This document shows, in pieces, positions 9,079 to 16,654 of a DNA stretch of 64,000 nucleotides. The stretch lies in NCBI GenBank assembly GCA_964430475.1, contig CAYSEQ010000001.1, forward strand, positions 13,659-77,658. Direction: 5' to 3'. The notes below the pieces were generated by a model. It searched no databases. It worked only from the letters and a program-made list of their open reading frames with translations, and was not told the origin of the DNA. The DNA comes from an uncultured Gammaproteobacteria bacterium (GTDB lineage Bacteria; Patescibacteriota; Microgenomatia; UBA8517). How positions within the stretch are numbered: position 1 is the first letter of the stretch; each line of letters opens with the position of its first letter. The translations under genes were made by a program, and so were the position numbers.

Positions 9079-9438
9079 TTAGCCGCAACATCCGCCGCCG
9101 CCCGCAAAAGGCACGCCGGTAATGGCGGTAAGCTGATTACAAATTTTGCGCGCCAGAGCAACAGCGGTATTTTGTGCTCTTAAATATTCCATGCAAATTT
9201 CATTTTGTCTCATTTTTGCCTGCGCGTCGCGAAGTTCTTGCTGTTGTTCAATGGAAACCGGCAGGCCGTTTTGCTGTAAAATCGCAATAGTTTGTATTCG
9301 TTCTTGAACATCCTGAAACACATTCAATGCGCTTTTATCATTTTCCAGTTTTTCAGCCGCTTTTTGGAATCTGATAAACTCCGGCGTCTGCTTAATATAA
9401 TCGCTGAACTCTTTAATTTTTTGATCTAAATTGTTCAT
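9079..9438 (-). CDS. YheA/YmcA/YlbF-like (UPF0342) helical protein with the same Gly/Cys tail (…FAGGGGCCG)
   Basis: 119 aa. IKQTPEFIRFQKAAEKLENDKSALNVFQDVQERIQTIAILQQNG...EYLRAQNTAVALARKI is the YheA-like pattern. Confidence 0.45.
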   Translation of the reverse strand: MNNLDQKIKEFSDYIKQTPEFIRFQKAAEKLENDKSALNVFQDVQERIQTIAILQQNGLPVSIEQQQELRDAQAKMRQNEICMEYLRAQNTAVALARKICNQLTAITGVPFAGGGGCCG

Positions 9439-9470
9439 AGTGTGTTGATTGAATTATGGCTTTTTCTTTA

Positions 9471-11333
9471 TTATTGTTTTCCATAAAGCATATAACCAGC
9501 AATTTTTAGTTTCTCTTTTCCGATCAAGTCATCGACCAAAAGCGGTAATTTTACAATCGGCGCAGTGAACCTTTTATCCATTTCCGCAAGATATTTTTCC
9601 TCCATCGCCTTTCTTTGTCTTAAATAATCGTTGGTTATTATGGATTGCGGCAAAATAAAGTTTGCCACCACCAAGCTTGTGGGGACGCCGATGGTTAAAA
9701 GCTCTTCCATAGCGCGAGCCGCCTCTTCAATTGGCGTGGACTCCGGATACATCACAAAACTGAAAGTTGTTTGATTGATGTCTTGCATCATATCAATTAC
9801 TTCCTTAAAACGCGACTTGGTTATTTTATCAACCTCTGTTTCGCCGGTTGAAGTAAAAGTTTTGATCTCTATCTGTTTACTCCAATCAACCGGCAGCTCC
9901 AATAACCGCAAGGTGTGGCCGGTCGGGGCAGTGTCAAAGATAATTACTTCAAAATCTTTACGAGTCGCGAAATCAATAAATTTTTCAAAAGTAGCCATTT
10001 CTTCAGTGCAGGGTGAATCAAGTTCTTCTTCAATCGCGGATACTCTTTGTTTGTCATATTTTTGTCTTGCTTCTGACAAAATTTTTTCTTTGTATTCTTC
10101 GGTCGCCTTCTTGGTATCAATGTTGGCTGCCCATAAATTTGTTTCTCCATTTACTGCCGTCGGCTCGCCTGAAATTTCTTGCTCGAAGACCTGATTTAAG
10201 TGAGAGGCCGGATCAGTTGTTAAAATCAGAGTTTTGTATTTTTGTTCTGCCACCCAAATGCTGGTTGCCGCCGCAACCGAGGTTTTGCCTACACCGCCCT
10301 TGCCCGCAAAGAAGATCGCCCGTCTTTTTCCATTTTGGGGGACAAGCAGCTGTTTTATTCTTTCGTCTATTTTGGGGAAATTATTCCTTATTATCTTTGC
10401 TTTATCCACATCAACTTTTAACGGCTGATAGTCGCTTAATTTTAGGGCTTGTTCGTGAAGCTTTTTGCCTGTTTGAAGTAGTAGTTTTTTACCTTTGATT
10501 TCATTCGGCTCTAGCTCCATCAAGGTTATGGGAACGGAAAACTTGTTTTTGATAAGTTCCAAAAATTTCTGCTGTTTGGCAAAGCGAGCGAGCATAAAAG
10601 GATTATCGCAAGCACTTTTTGGATAAATGCCGTTGATAATGAGCTCTTGCGAGTTTATTTTGAGTTTCAAAAGTTCGGCGATTGAACGTTCCGCTTCATA
10701 AATAGGCGTAACTTCCGGGCGCAGGACAAAAACAAAAGTGGTTCTGGAAGTATCGCGCATTGCCGCAATCGCTTGGTCAAATTTAGCCTTTGACTCAGCT
10801 AGCGCGGCTGCCGGACCGATGCAGGTTTGGCCGCCGCCTTCTTCTTTGGCGGCTTTTTCAATAACCCCGCTCCACTCTACGGGTAGTTTCAAAAGCCGCA
10901 GCGTATGTCCAGTTGGCGCAGTGTCAAAAATGACTATGTCGTATTCCGGTTCTTGCAAAAAATCAGTAAAGCGGTCAAAGGCGGCCATTTCGGCGGTGCA
11001 GGGCGAATTTAGTTGTTCTTCTAAAACTTTAAAACTTTCAATCGGAATTAAGCCGCGCAGAGGAGATAAAGTTCGCTCTTTGTACTCGGCAGTGGCAATA
11101 TCCGGGTCAAGTTCCATGGCAAATAAATTTTTTATGCCATAGATTGGAGTAATTTTGTGTCCTATTTTTTGTTCAAACACATCGGCGAGATTTGACGCAG
11201 GGTCAGTGGTAATAATAAGCGTTTTCTTGTTTTGGCTTGCAAAATAAGCCGCACTGAAAGCGGCCATCGTGGTTTTTCCAACGCCGCCTTTGCCTGAAAA
11301 GAAATAAAATTTTGTGTTCATATTATTTTTCAT
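9471..11333 (-). CDS. arsA: Arsenical pump-driving ATPase ArsA (tandem A1-A2 halves)
   Basis: Two P-loops GKGGVGKTT/GKGGVGKTS and two DTAPTGHTLRLL motifs. Metalloid-site Cys motifs SPCTAEMAAFDRF and SPCTEEMATFEKF. Start taken at the internal MKNNMNTKFYFF; the track's 5' extension overlaps arsD. Confidence 0.9.
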   Translation of the reverse strand: MKNNMNTKFYFFSGKGGVGKTTMAAFSAAYFASQNKKTLIITTDPASNLADVFEQKIGHKITPIYGIKNLFAMELDPDIATAEYKERTLSPLRGLIPIESFKVLEEQLNSPCTAEMAAFDRFTDFLQEPEYDIVIFDTAPTGHTLRLLKLPVEWSGVIEKAAKEEGGGQTCIGPAAALAESKAKFDQAIAAMRDTSRTTFVFVLRPEVTPIYEAERSIAELLKLKINSQELIINGIYPKSACDNPFMLARFAKQQKFLELIKNKFSVPITLMELEPNEIKGKKLLLQTGKKLHEQALKLSDYQPLKVDVDKAKIIRNNFPKIDERIKQLLVPQNGKRRAIFFAGKGGVGKTSVAAATSIWVAEQKYKTLILTTDPASHLNQVFEQEISGEPTAVNGETNLWAANIDTKKATEEYKEKILSEARQKYDKQRVSAIEEELDSPCTEEMATFEKFIDFATRKDFEVIIFDTAPTGHTLRLLELPVDWSKQIEIKTFTSTGETEVDKITKSRFKEVIDMMQDINQTTFSFVMYPESTPIEEAARAMEELLTIGVPTSLVVANFILPQSIITNDYLRQRKAMEEKYLAEMDKRFTAPIVKLPLLVDDLIGKEKLKIAGYMLYGKQ

Positions 11334-11631
11334 TGATAAATTTCTTAAGCTCTTCGAGCGTGGGGTATGAGCCGGTTTTAACGACTTTTCCGTCACAAGT
11401 AGTAATTGGCAATGCTTTCAGCTGTTGTTCTTGGATTAGTTTTATTACATCCGGGTTTTCCTTGAATTTTTGAGGACTTTGAGTAATGAGCCACCGTTCG
11501 ACTTCCACGCCTAACTTTTTGACTTTTTCCAATGTATCCTGCAAATTGATAAGCGTTTGATCCGGGTTCGGCCCGCAGACGCCGGTTGAACAGCACATCG
11601 GAGGATCATAGATAACGATTTTATTTTTCAT
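11323..11631 (-). CDS. arsD: Arsenic metallochaperone / repressor ArsD
   Basis: MKNKIVIYDPPMCCSTGVCGPNPDQ, the ArsD CCxxGxCG motif. 102 aa. Confidence 0.85.
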   Translation of the reverse strand: MKNKIVIYDPPMCCSTGVCGPNPDQTLINLQDTLEKVKKLGVEVERWLITQSPQKFKENPDVIKLIQEQQLKALPITTCDGKVVKTGSYPTLEELKKFINEK

Positions 11632-11965
11632 AATTTTTGGTTAACTGACGACAAACATCATGCGAAGTGCATGGTTTATCGGAAATATTGTTAGAATTTA
11701 AAATTTTTTGGTACAAACTCTCCAACTCTTCAAATTTTTTCTTATTCAAGGAGCAATGCACCCACCTCCCGACCTTTCTGTCTTTGATAAGCCCGGCTTC
11801 TCGCAATGTCTGCAAATGATGGGACACGAGTGTTTGTTCCAAACCCAATTTTTCCGCCAGTACGCAAACGCATTCTTCGCCCCTCATTAAACACAGAACG
11901 ATCTTGTATCTGTTCTTGTCAGATAAAATTCTTATGTAGTTGAGTAATTTTTCGTTTTCCTTCAT
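11621..11965 (-). CDS. arsR: ArsR/SmtB-family metalloregulator
   Basis: HTH with the ECVCVL metal-sensing motif. Overlaps arsD by 11 nt. Confidence 0.85.
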   Translation of the reverse strand: MKENEKLLNYIRILSDKNRYKIVLCLMRGEECVCVLAEKLGLEQTLVSHHLQTLREAGLIKDRKVGRWVHCSLNKKKFEELESLYQKILNSNNISDKPCTSHDVCRQLTKNYEK

Positions 11966-11980
11966 TTTAATTGCTATCTG

Positions 11981-12010
11981 TTAATATGTGAATCCACATT
12001 CATATATTAA
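11981..12010. promoter_or_regulatory. Candidate ArsR operator: 8-bp inverted repeat TTAATATG-N14-CATATTAA upstream of arsR
   Basis: The palindrome sits 16-45 bp upstream of the arsR start codon. Confidence 0.4.
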
Positions 12011-12053
12011 TCCTTGCCGCAATCAATGTCAAGTGGATTTTTCTTTAAACTTT

Positions 12054-12096
12054 TGTTCCGCCCCCGCTCCAATTTTTCAGAGTTAAATCCGAGCAG
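12054..12096. repeat. Right 43-bp inverted repeat bounding the arsenic cassette
   Basis: Reverse complement of 8711-8753 (ctgctcggatttaactctgaaaaattggagcgggggcggaaca). Confidence 0.7.
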
Positions 12097-12224
12097 CGGA
12101 GCCGCGGGGTGGGTCATTCCGCGAGCGAAGCGAGCGGCAATCTTCCAATTTTCAGGAATTTTCGGTAAAATAAGTTCGAGCTTGGTTGTATAGATACACA
12201 TAAGATTAGTCACTTTATTTGATC

Positions 12225-12297
12225 CGGGGTGTGGCTCAGCTGGTAGAGCGCACGGTTTGGGACCGTGAGGTCCCCGGTTCGAATCCGGGCACCCCGA
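12225..12297 (+). tRNA. tRNA-Pro (anticodon TGG)
   Basis: CGGGGTG...CACGG-TTTGGGA-CCGTG...CCCGG-TTCGAAT-CCGGG-CACCCCG-A. Confidence 0.8.
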
Positions 12298-12507
12298 CAC
12301 ACAACAAAAGGAAATTTAAATTTTATTCTTTATTCTTTATTCTTTATAATAAGAGATTCTGAATTAGACAAAGAGAGATTTGAATCCTCGTATTCCAAGA
12401 CCCAAGCTTTATTCAGATGTTCAGATTTTTGGATCTAAAGATAGAGTTCAAGGCCAAAAGAGAGGAAGATTTTAGTCATTTTCTAATTTAAAAAGTTTTT
12501 TGTTTTT

Positions 12508-13128
12508 TTACCGCGTAAATAAGCCTCTGAAGATTAGGTTTATATTTTGCCAAACTTTGTTTATCATATTTGAGCTTCTTAAGTCTTGAATCCCTAATGT
12601 GTTTGAAAATGAAGTTATCGGTGGGGTGACTGATGGAGCTATTCCCTCAACCTTGACACTTAATGTATCAGTTGCCGCCTGATTTTCCCGCCATTCTACT
12701 CTGACTAAGGCTTGGTATAGTCCTTCATTTTTGTAGTCACATATATCTTTCACAGAGTAAGTAGTAAAGAGGGTAATTTTTTCGTGTTCATATTGACCAT
12801 TGCTTTCACAATCAAACCTATAGCGAATTAAACCTGGACCCCTAATTCCAACTTTGGCAAGTAGGTCAACACCTGTTAGCGGTGCTTGCCCTGATATTCC
12901 ATTTGAATTCCAGGAATCCTGAGAACTTACTCTTCCAAGGAGAAGAACTCTGCCTTCAATAATTTTAGAACTTTCATTTTGTTTTGCTTCAGGGAAAGCA
13001 ACCAGTAGCCTTTGCCTATTCTTAACTAAGGACAAAGTTGTCGCAAGCGTTGTGGTAAAAAGAATTACGGCTAGTAAGCCAAAGATTACGCCTAAATGCA
13101 CAATTCCATTATTGTGTTGATGTTTCAC
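12508..13128 (-). CDS. Hypothetical membrane-anchored secreted protein
   Basis: 206 aa with an N-terminal TM helix. No family recognised. Confidence 0.35.
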   Translation of the reverse strand: MKHQHNNGIVHLGVIFGLLAVILFTTTLATTLSLVKNRQRLLVAFPEAKQNESSKIIEGRVLLLGRVSSQDSWNSNGISGQAPLTGVDLLAKVGIRGPGLIRYRFDCESNGQYEHEKITLFTTYSVKDICDYKNEGLYQALVRVEWRENQAATDTLSVKVEGIAPSVTPPITSFSNTLGIQDLRSSNMINKVWQNINLIFRGLFTR

Positions 13129-13284
13129 TCTAAATTTATTCTAATTAGATTTTTTTAAAAAGTCTATAGCATCTTGGACTTTGTGCTTTTAAGGTGGCAC
13201 CGACCTGAAAATCAAAGCTTGAAAAATCAAAAAAAGTGACAAACAAATTCATTTTTAGGAATTAGGAGTTGGTATTTTGGGATT

Positions 13285-13445
13285 AGAATCTAGAATCAAG
13301 AAGCAAGAAGTAAGAATCAAGAATTTTTAATCATTAATCATTTTTTTATAATTTTGGATTTTGAAAATTTGAATTTGTTTAGGATTTAGAATTTAGGATT
13401 TGGAATTTTTCTAGGATTTAGCTTGTCTGCCGACTAGACAAAAAA
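13285..13445. repeat. AT-rich intergenic repeat element, copy A, in a divergent promoter region
   Basis: aagaatcaagaatttttaatcattaatca...ttggattttgaaaatttgaatttgtttaggatttag...ttctaggatttagcttgtctgccgactagacaa. About 115-150 nt are near-identical to 35610-35760. Contains the hairpin TTGTCT-N7-AGACAA. Confidence 0.6.
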
Positions 13446-13556
13446 TTTAGAGATTAGAATTTAACACTTAGGATTTTGAGTTTCAAACTTTACTTATAAG
13501 TTATACCGTCTCAGTTGAGAAATATGCTTTATTTCATCTTAAACTCATAAATATAT

Positions 13557-14006
13557 TTGACAACTGGATTCTGGTGCCCTATAATACGAGCCTGTATGAA
13601 AAGAAAGTTGATTGTCTTTATTTTATTTTTGGCTGTTTTGGTATTCCTAAATTTTGCTCAACTTAATTTTCTTAAAGTTGAAGCAAAAAGTAATTTTCCT
13701 TTAACAGGGCCGATTACCCAACCTGTTACATACTTTATTAGAGGGTTCGTATTTTAAAGAGCCTTTGGATGGATAAGGCCTGCTAGTGGTGCGAAGGTTC
13801 AAGCTACTAATTTAGTGACCCATGAGCAAATTGCTACAGAAGTTTCCCAAAATGGAAGCTACGCGTTAGGGATTAATAAACCCGGTTTTTACAAAGTTAA
13901 AGCATACGATACGCGTGGGACTATTTTTAGACCTTTATTAAGATTCGTACGGATAAATGACCAAGATGTCAACGGAATAAACTTCTTTGGTATTTGGGTA
14001 AGATAA
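13557..14006 (+). pseudogene. Carboxypeptidase-regulatory-like domain protein interrupted by an in-frame TAA (13755-13757)
   Basis: ORFs 13557..13757 and 13815..14006 are in the same frame and separated only by the TAA. The joined sequence ...PITQPVTYFIRGFVF*RAFGWIRPASGAKVQATNLVTHEQ...YALGINKPGFYKVKAYDTRG fits the G.V.D..G.P..GA.V...G.Y.L...PG.Y.V pattern. Confidence 0.4.
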
Positions 14007-14096
14007 TTTAAAAACTACTTTATTCCTCCTCTTTCCCCTGCACTTAATTGTATTTCGTAATATATAAAAGTTGTATTTTTGTGTAAAATCTAAGAT

Positions 14097-15181
14097 GTGT
14101 TGAGATTATTGATTTCACTTCTTATCTTTTGGCTTCCTTTGGTTATTTTTCCTTTTGGAACTTCGCCTTTTGAAATTCCTAAGGTCATTGTTGCCCAGGT
14201 ATCAATAGAGGTTCTTTTTTTGGCATGGCTTTATAAAAAAAGATGGAACTTTAAAAAGATTTTTGATCTTGAAAAACTTCCCTTTCAGGGCTTGATTATT
14301 TTAAGCCTAATCCATCTTATCTTCTTGGGGAGGGAGACATCATTTTTTGGAAATATTTTCCGATTACAAGGTATTTTTTTACTTTGGCACCTTATTCTAT
14401 TCTCCTATATTTCTAGTTCAATAAAAATTTACCAAGGTAAGAAATTTATTTTTATTCCTGCTATTCTTCTTTCAATATTGAGTTTTGTTTTTAGTGTTGA
14501 TAAGGCGGGAAGGTTTATGTTGTCTCTGGGAGAACCTAATGCCTTTGCTTCTGTGTTGGTTTTTTCTACCCATTTTTACTCTTCACACTTAAACGCCAAA
14601 AATCAAAAATCTGGAAAATTATTTTATTTTTGTGGATATTTACCCTTATTCTTTTTTCGGGCTCACGATCTGGGTTGATTGCGTTTTTATTGGAGAACTT
14701 GTTCTTTGCCATCACTCATAAATATAAACTTGGAGTTAGAAGCGCTAGTATTTTGATAATGATTCTACTTTTTACTAGCCTTTTTTTGCCTTTGATTCAA
14801 AAGAAAAAGATTTGGGAAAATAGGACTGAAATTTGGAGTACAGCACTTGCTGCGGGATTAGAAAGACCAATCTTGGGCTGGGGTTTTGGGAATGTGGAAT
14901 TTGCTCTTAGAGAAACTTCTTTTTTACTAAAAAATAATCTTCGCTTTCAGTATGTTGATAGTAGCCATAATCTGATTTTAGATTATTGGGTCCAGGGAGG
15001 AATTGTTGGTGTTATCTTGATTTTATATCTTATTTTTCTTACATTTAAGAAATTTATCTCAAAAAAAGATAGGCTGAGTTTAGGGGTTTTCTTTGGGGTC
15101 TTAACAGTGCTACAATTTAATCCTGTAAGTGTTGTTACATCGATACATTTCTGGTGGCTTATTGGGAAGATGTTTAGGTAA
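14097..15181 (+). pseudogene. O-antigen ligase family (Wzy_C/WaaL-like) membrane protein, frameshifted near 14600-14630
   Basis: Two overlapping ORFs in different frames. The second carries the signature GSRSGLIAFLL...HNLILDYWVQGGIVGVIL. The shift lies in an A-rich stretch (aaaaatcaaaaatctggaaaa). Confidence 0.5.
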
Positions 15182-15227
15182 TTTTTGATTGCCTTAAGGA
15201 GGTAAATTTAGTAGAATAAAGATCATT

Positions 15228-15298
15228 GCGGGTATAGTTGAATGGCTCAACGCCACCCTTCCAAGGTGGAAATGCGGGTTCAATTCCCGCTACCCGCT
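15228..15298 (+). tRNA. tRNA-Gly (anticodon TCC)
   Basis: GCGGGTA...CCACC-CTTCCAA-GGTGG...GCGGG-TTCAATT-CCCGC-TACCCGC-T. Confidence 0.8.
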
Positions 15299-15333
15299 CC
15301 TTGTTTAATTAAAGAGGAAATAAGAAACCTAAT

Positions 15334-16467
15334 TTATTTAGAAGAAAGATTAAACCCTATTTGTTTTTCCAGAAAGAAGCTGTTTTTAGTATTGGAATCT
15401 GCCTTTTTAAGATTTATAGAGATTGGATTTGTATCTTTAAATTCCTCTGTGTACCGTATCTTATTTCTCGACCGACCAGAAAAAACAAGAGTGAGTAGAA
15501 TAATTGTAATAAATAAGATTACTGGAAGAGTAGCGATGATATAAAATATTGCCTTTTGTTTATTTGTGGGTGTAAAGATCATTTCGCTTTTGGCGCTTTT
15601 TAGGAATTTATATAGCAGATATTCATATACAGCTGTTAATGGTGTCAGGAGTAAACGGATCAAAAATGCGCTAATTTGCTCTCCGAAAGAAGACTTAAGA
15701 AGATAAAAGAAAGATAGTGGAATGAGAGAAATTACTAAAGAAAATATCCAAATGAAAAGATAACGCAAAAAAACGTCAACCCACTTACCCCTTACATATT
15801 CGCGGCTTTTGATTAAAGCGTTTATACCTTTTAAATCTTCTGAAACTAAAATAAATCCTGCAAAACTAAACCAAACTATAAAAATAATCCCAAAAATACC
15901 AAAAAGAAAGAATCCACCAAGCGTAATTGCACCTCCCAATATTAAAACCCATACAAAGGAGATTAACTTATGTAAACTGCTTCGATATGATTCGATGATG
16001 CCAATTCTTTCTTGACTATTTACAACTGCATATAGCAATGCTATTTGTCCCCAAGCTTGGATGAAAAAAATAATAGTAAAAAAAATGATAGCTAAGGGTA
16101 TGAAAAAGGCAATTCCTCTGGTTATAGATTGTATAGAAAAGAAACCTATACTTAAAAATCCTATGCCACCAAAAATAAAAATAAGCGGTAAAATGATCAA
16201 GATAGGAATTATTGAGATTACCAGAAAAGTCACAAACCTTTGCTTATAAATGTTAAAAGCCTGATACAAAATAACTGTTGGTCTTGGTAAAGAAACTTCC
16301 TTTCTTTCCTGTACTTGTGATTGTTGGGAATTAGGATCTAAAAGTGAAAATGCCTTTTCAATATCCTCAGCCTGCCAACCTCGATCGGAGAGTGTTTTTC
16401 GGATTTCCTCTTTACTTACCCCCTTTTCTATTTGCTTCCTTATGTAATTTATAAGTTCGTCATTCAT
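15334..16467 (-). CDS. Hypothetical polytopic membrane protein with a soluble N-terminal domain
   Basis: 377 aa. About 60 aa hydrophilic N-terminus followed by many TM helices. Confidence 0.35.
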   Translation of the reverse strand: MNDELINYIRKQIEKGVSKEEIRKTLSDRGWQAEDIEKAFSLLDPNSQQSQVQERKEVSLPRPTVILYQAFNIYKQRFVTFLVISIIPILIILPLIFIFGGIGFLSIGFFSIQSITRGIAFFIPLAIIFFTIIFFIQAWGQIALLYAVVNSQERIGIIESYRSSLHKLISFVWVLILGGAITLGGFFLFGIFGIIFIVWFSFAGFILVSEDLKGINALIKSREYVRGKWVDVFLRYLFIWIFSLVISLIPLSFFYLLKSSFGEQISAFLIRLLLTPLTAVYEYLLYKFLKSAKSEMIFTPTNKQKAIFYIIATLPVILFITIILLTLVFSGRSRNKIRYTEEFKDTNPISINLKKADSNTKNSFFLEKQIGFNLSSK

Positions 16468-16654
16468 TCTCTATTTAGAAAAATGTTTTTTGATAACTTA
16501 AGAGTTTTTTATAAACCTACTCTATTAAATACAGTCTAGTCTTATATGTTTTTACGAGTCAATGAGCAAAATTTAGATATTCTAATCCTTAATATTTTTA
16601 ATAAGGTTTGTGTAAGATTTTGGAGTAAGTTAGTAGAGGCTAAATTCTACCTTT

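Noticed and set aside
8826-9161. Longer 111-aa version of the FmdB-like ORF
   Set aside because: The extension overlaps the 3' end of the YheA-like gene. The ATG at 9074 gives a clean 4-nt intergenic spacing and starts at the zinc ribbon.
9775-11142. Antisense ORFs inside arsA (9775..10194, 10013..10498, 10738..11142) and 11393..11596 inside arsD
   Set aside because: They are embedded in and opposite to strongly supported genes and are GC-skew artefacts of the GC-richer cassette.
9471-11396. 641-aa ArsA ORF with a 21-aa N-terminal extension
   Set aside because: The extension overlaps arsD. Known ArsA proteins start just before the first P-loop, so the start at ~11333 (or ~11321) is preferred.
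12007-12300. 97-aa minus-strand ORF
   Set aside because: Runs through tRNA-Pro and the right inverted repeat. It is a translation artefact.
15242-15544. 100-aa plus-strand ORF (MAQRHPSKVEMRVQFPLPAP...)
   Set aside because: Its 5' end is simply the translation of tRNA-Gly (15228-15298). It lies antisense to the 15334..16467 gene.
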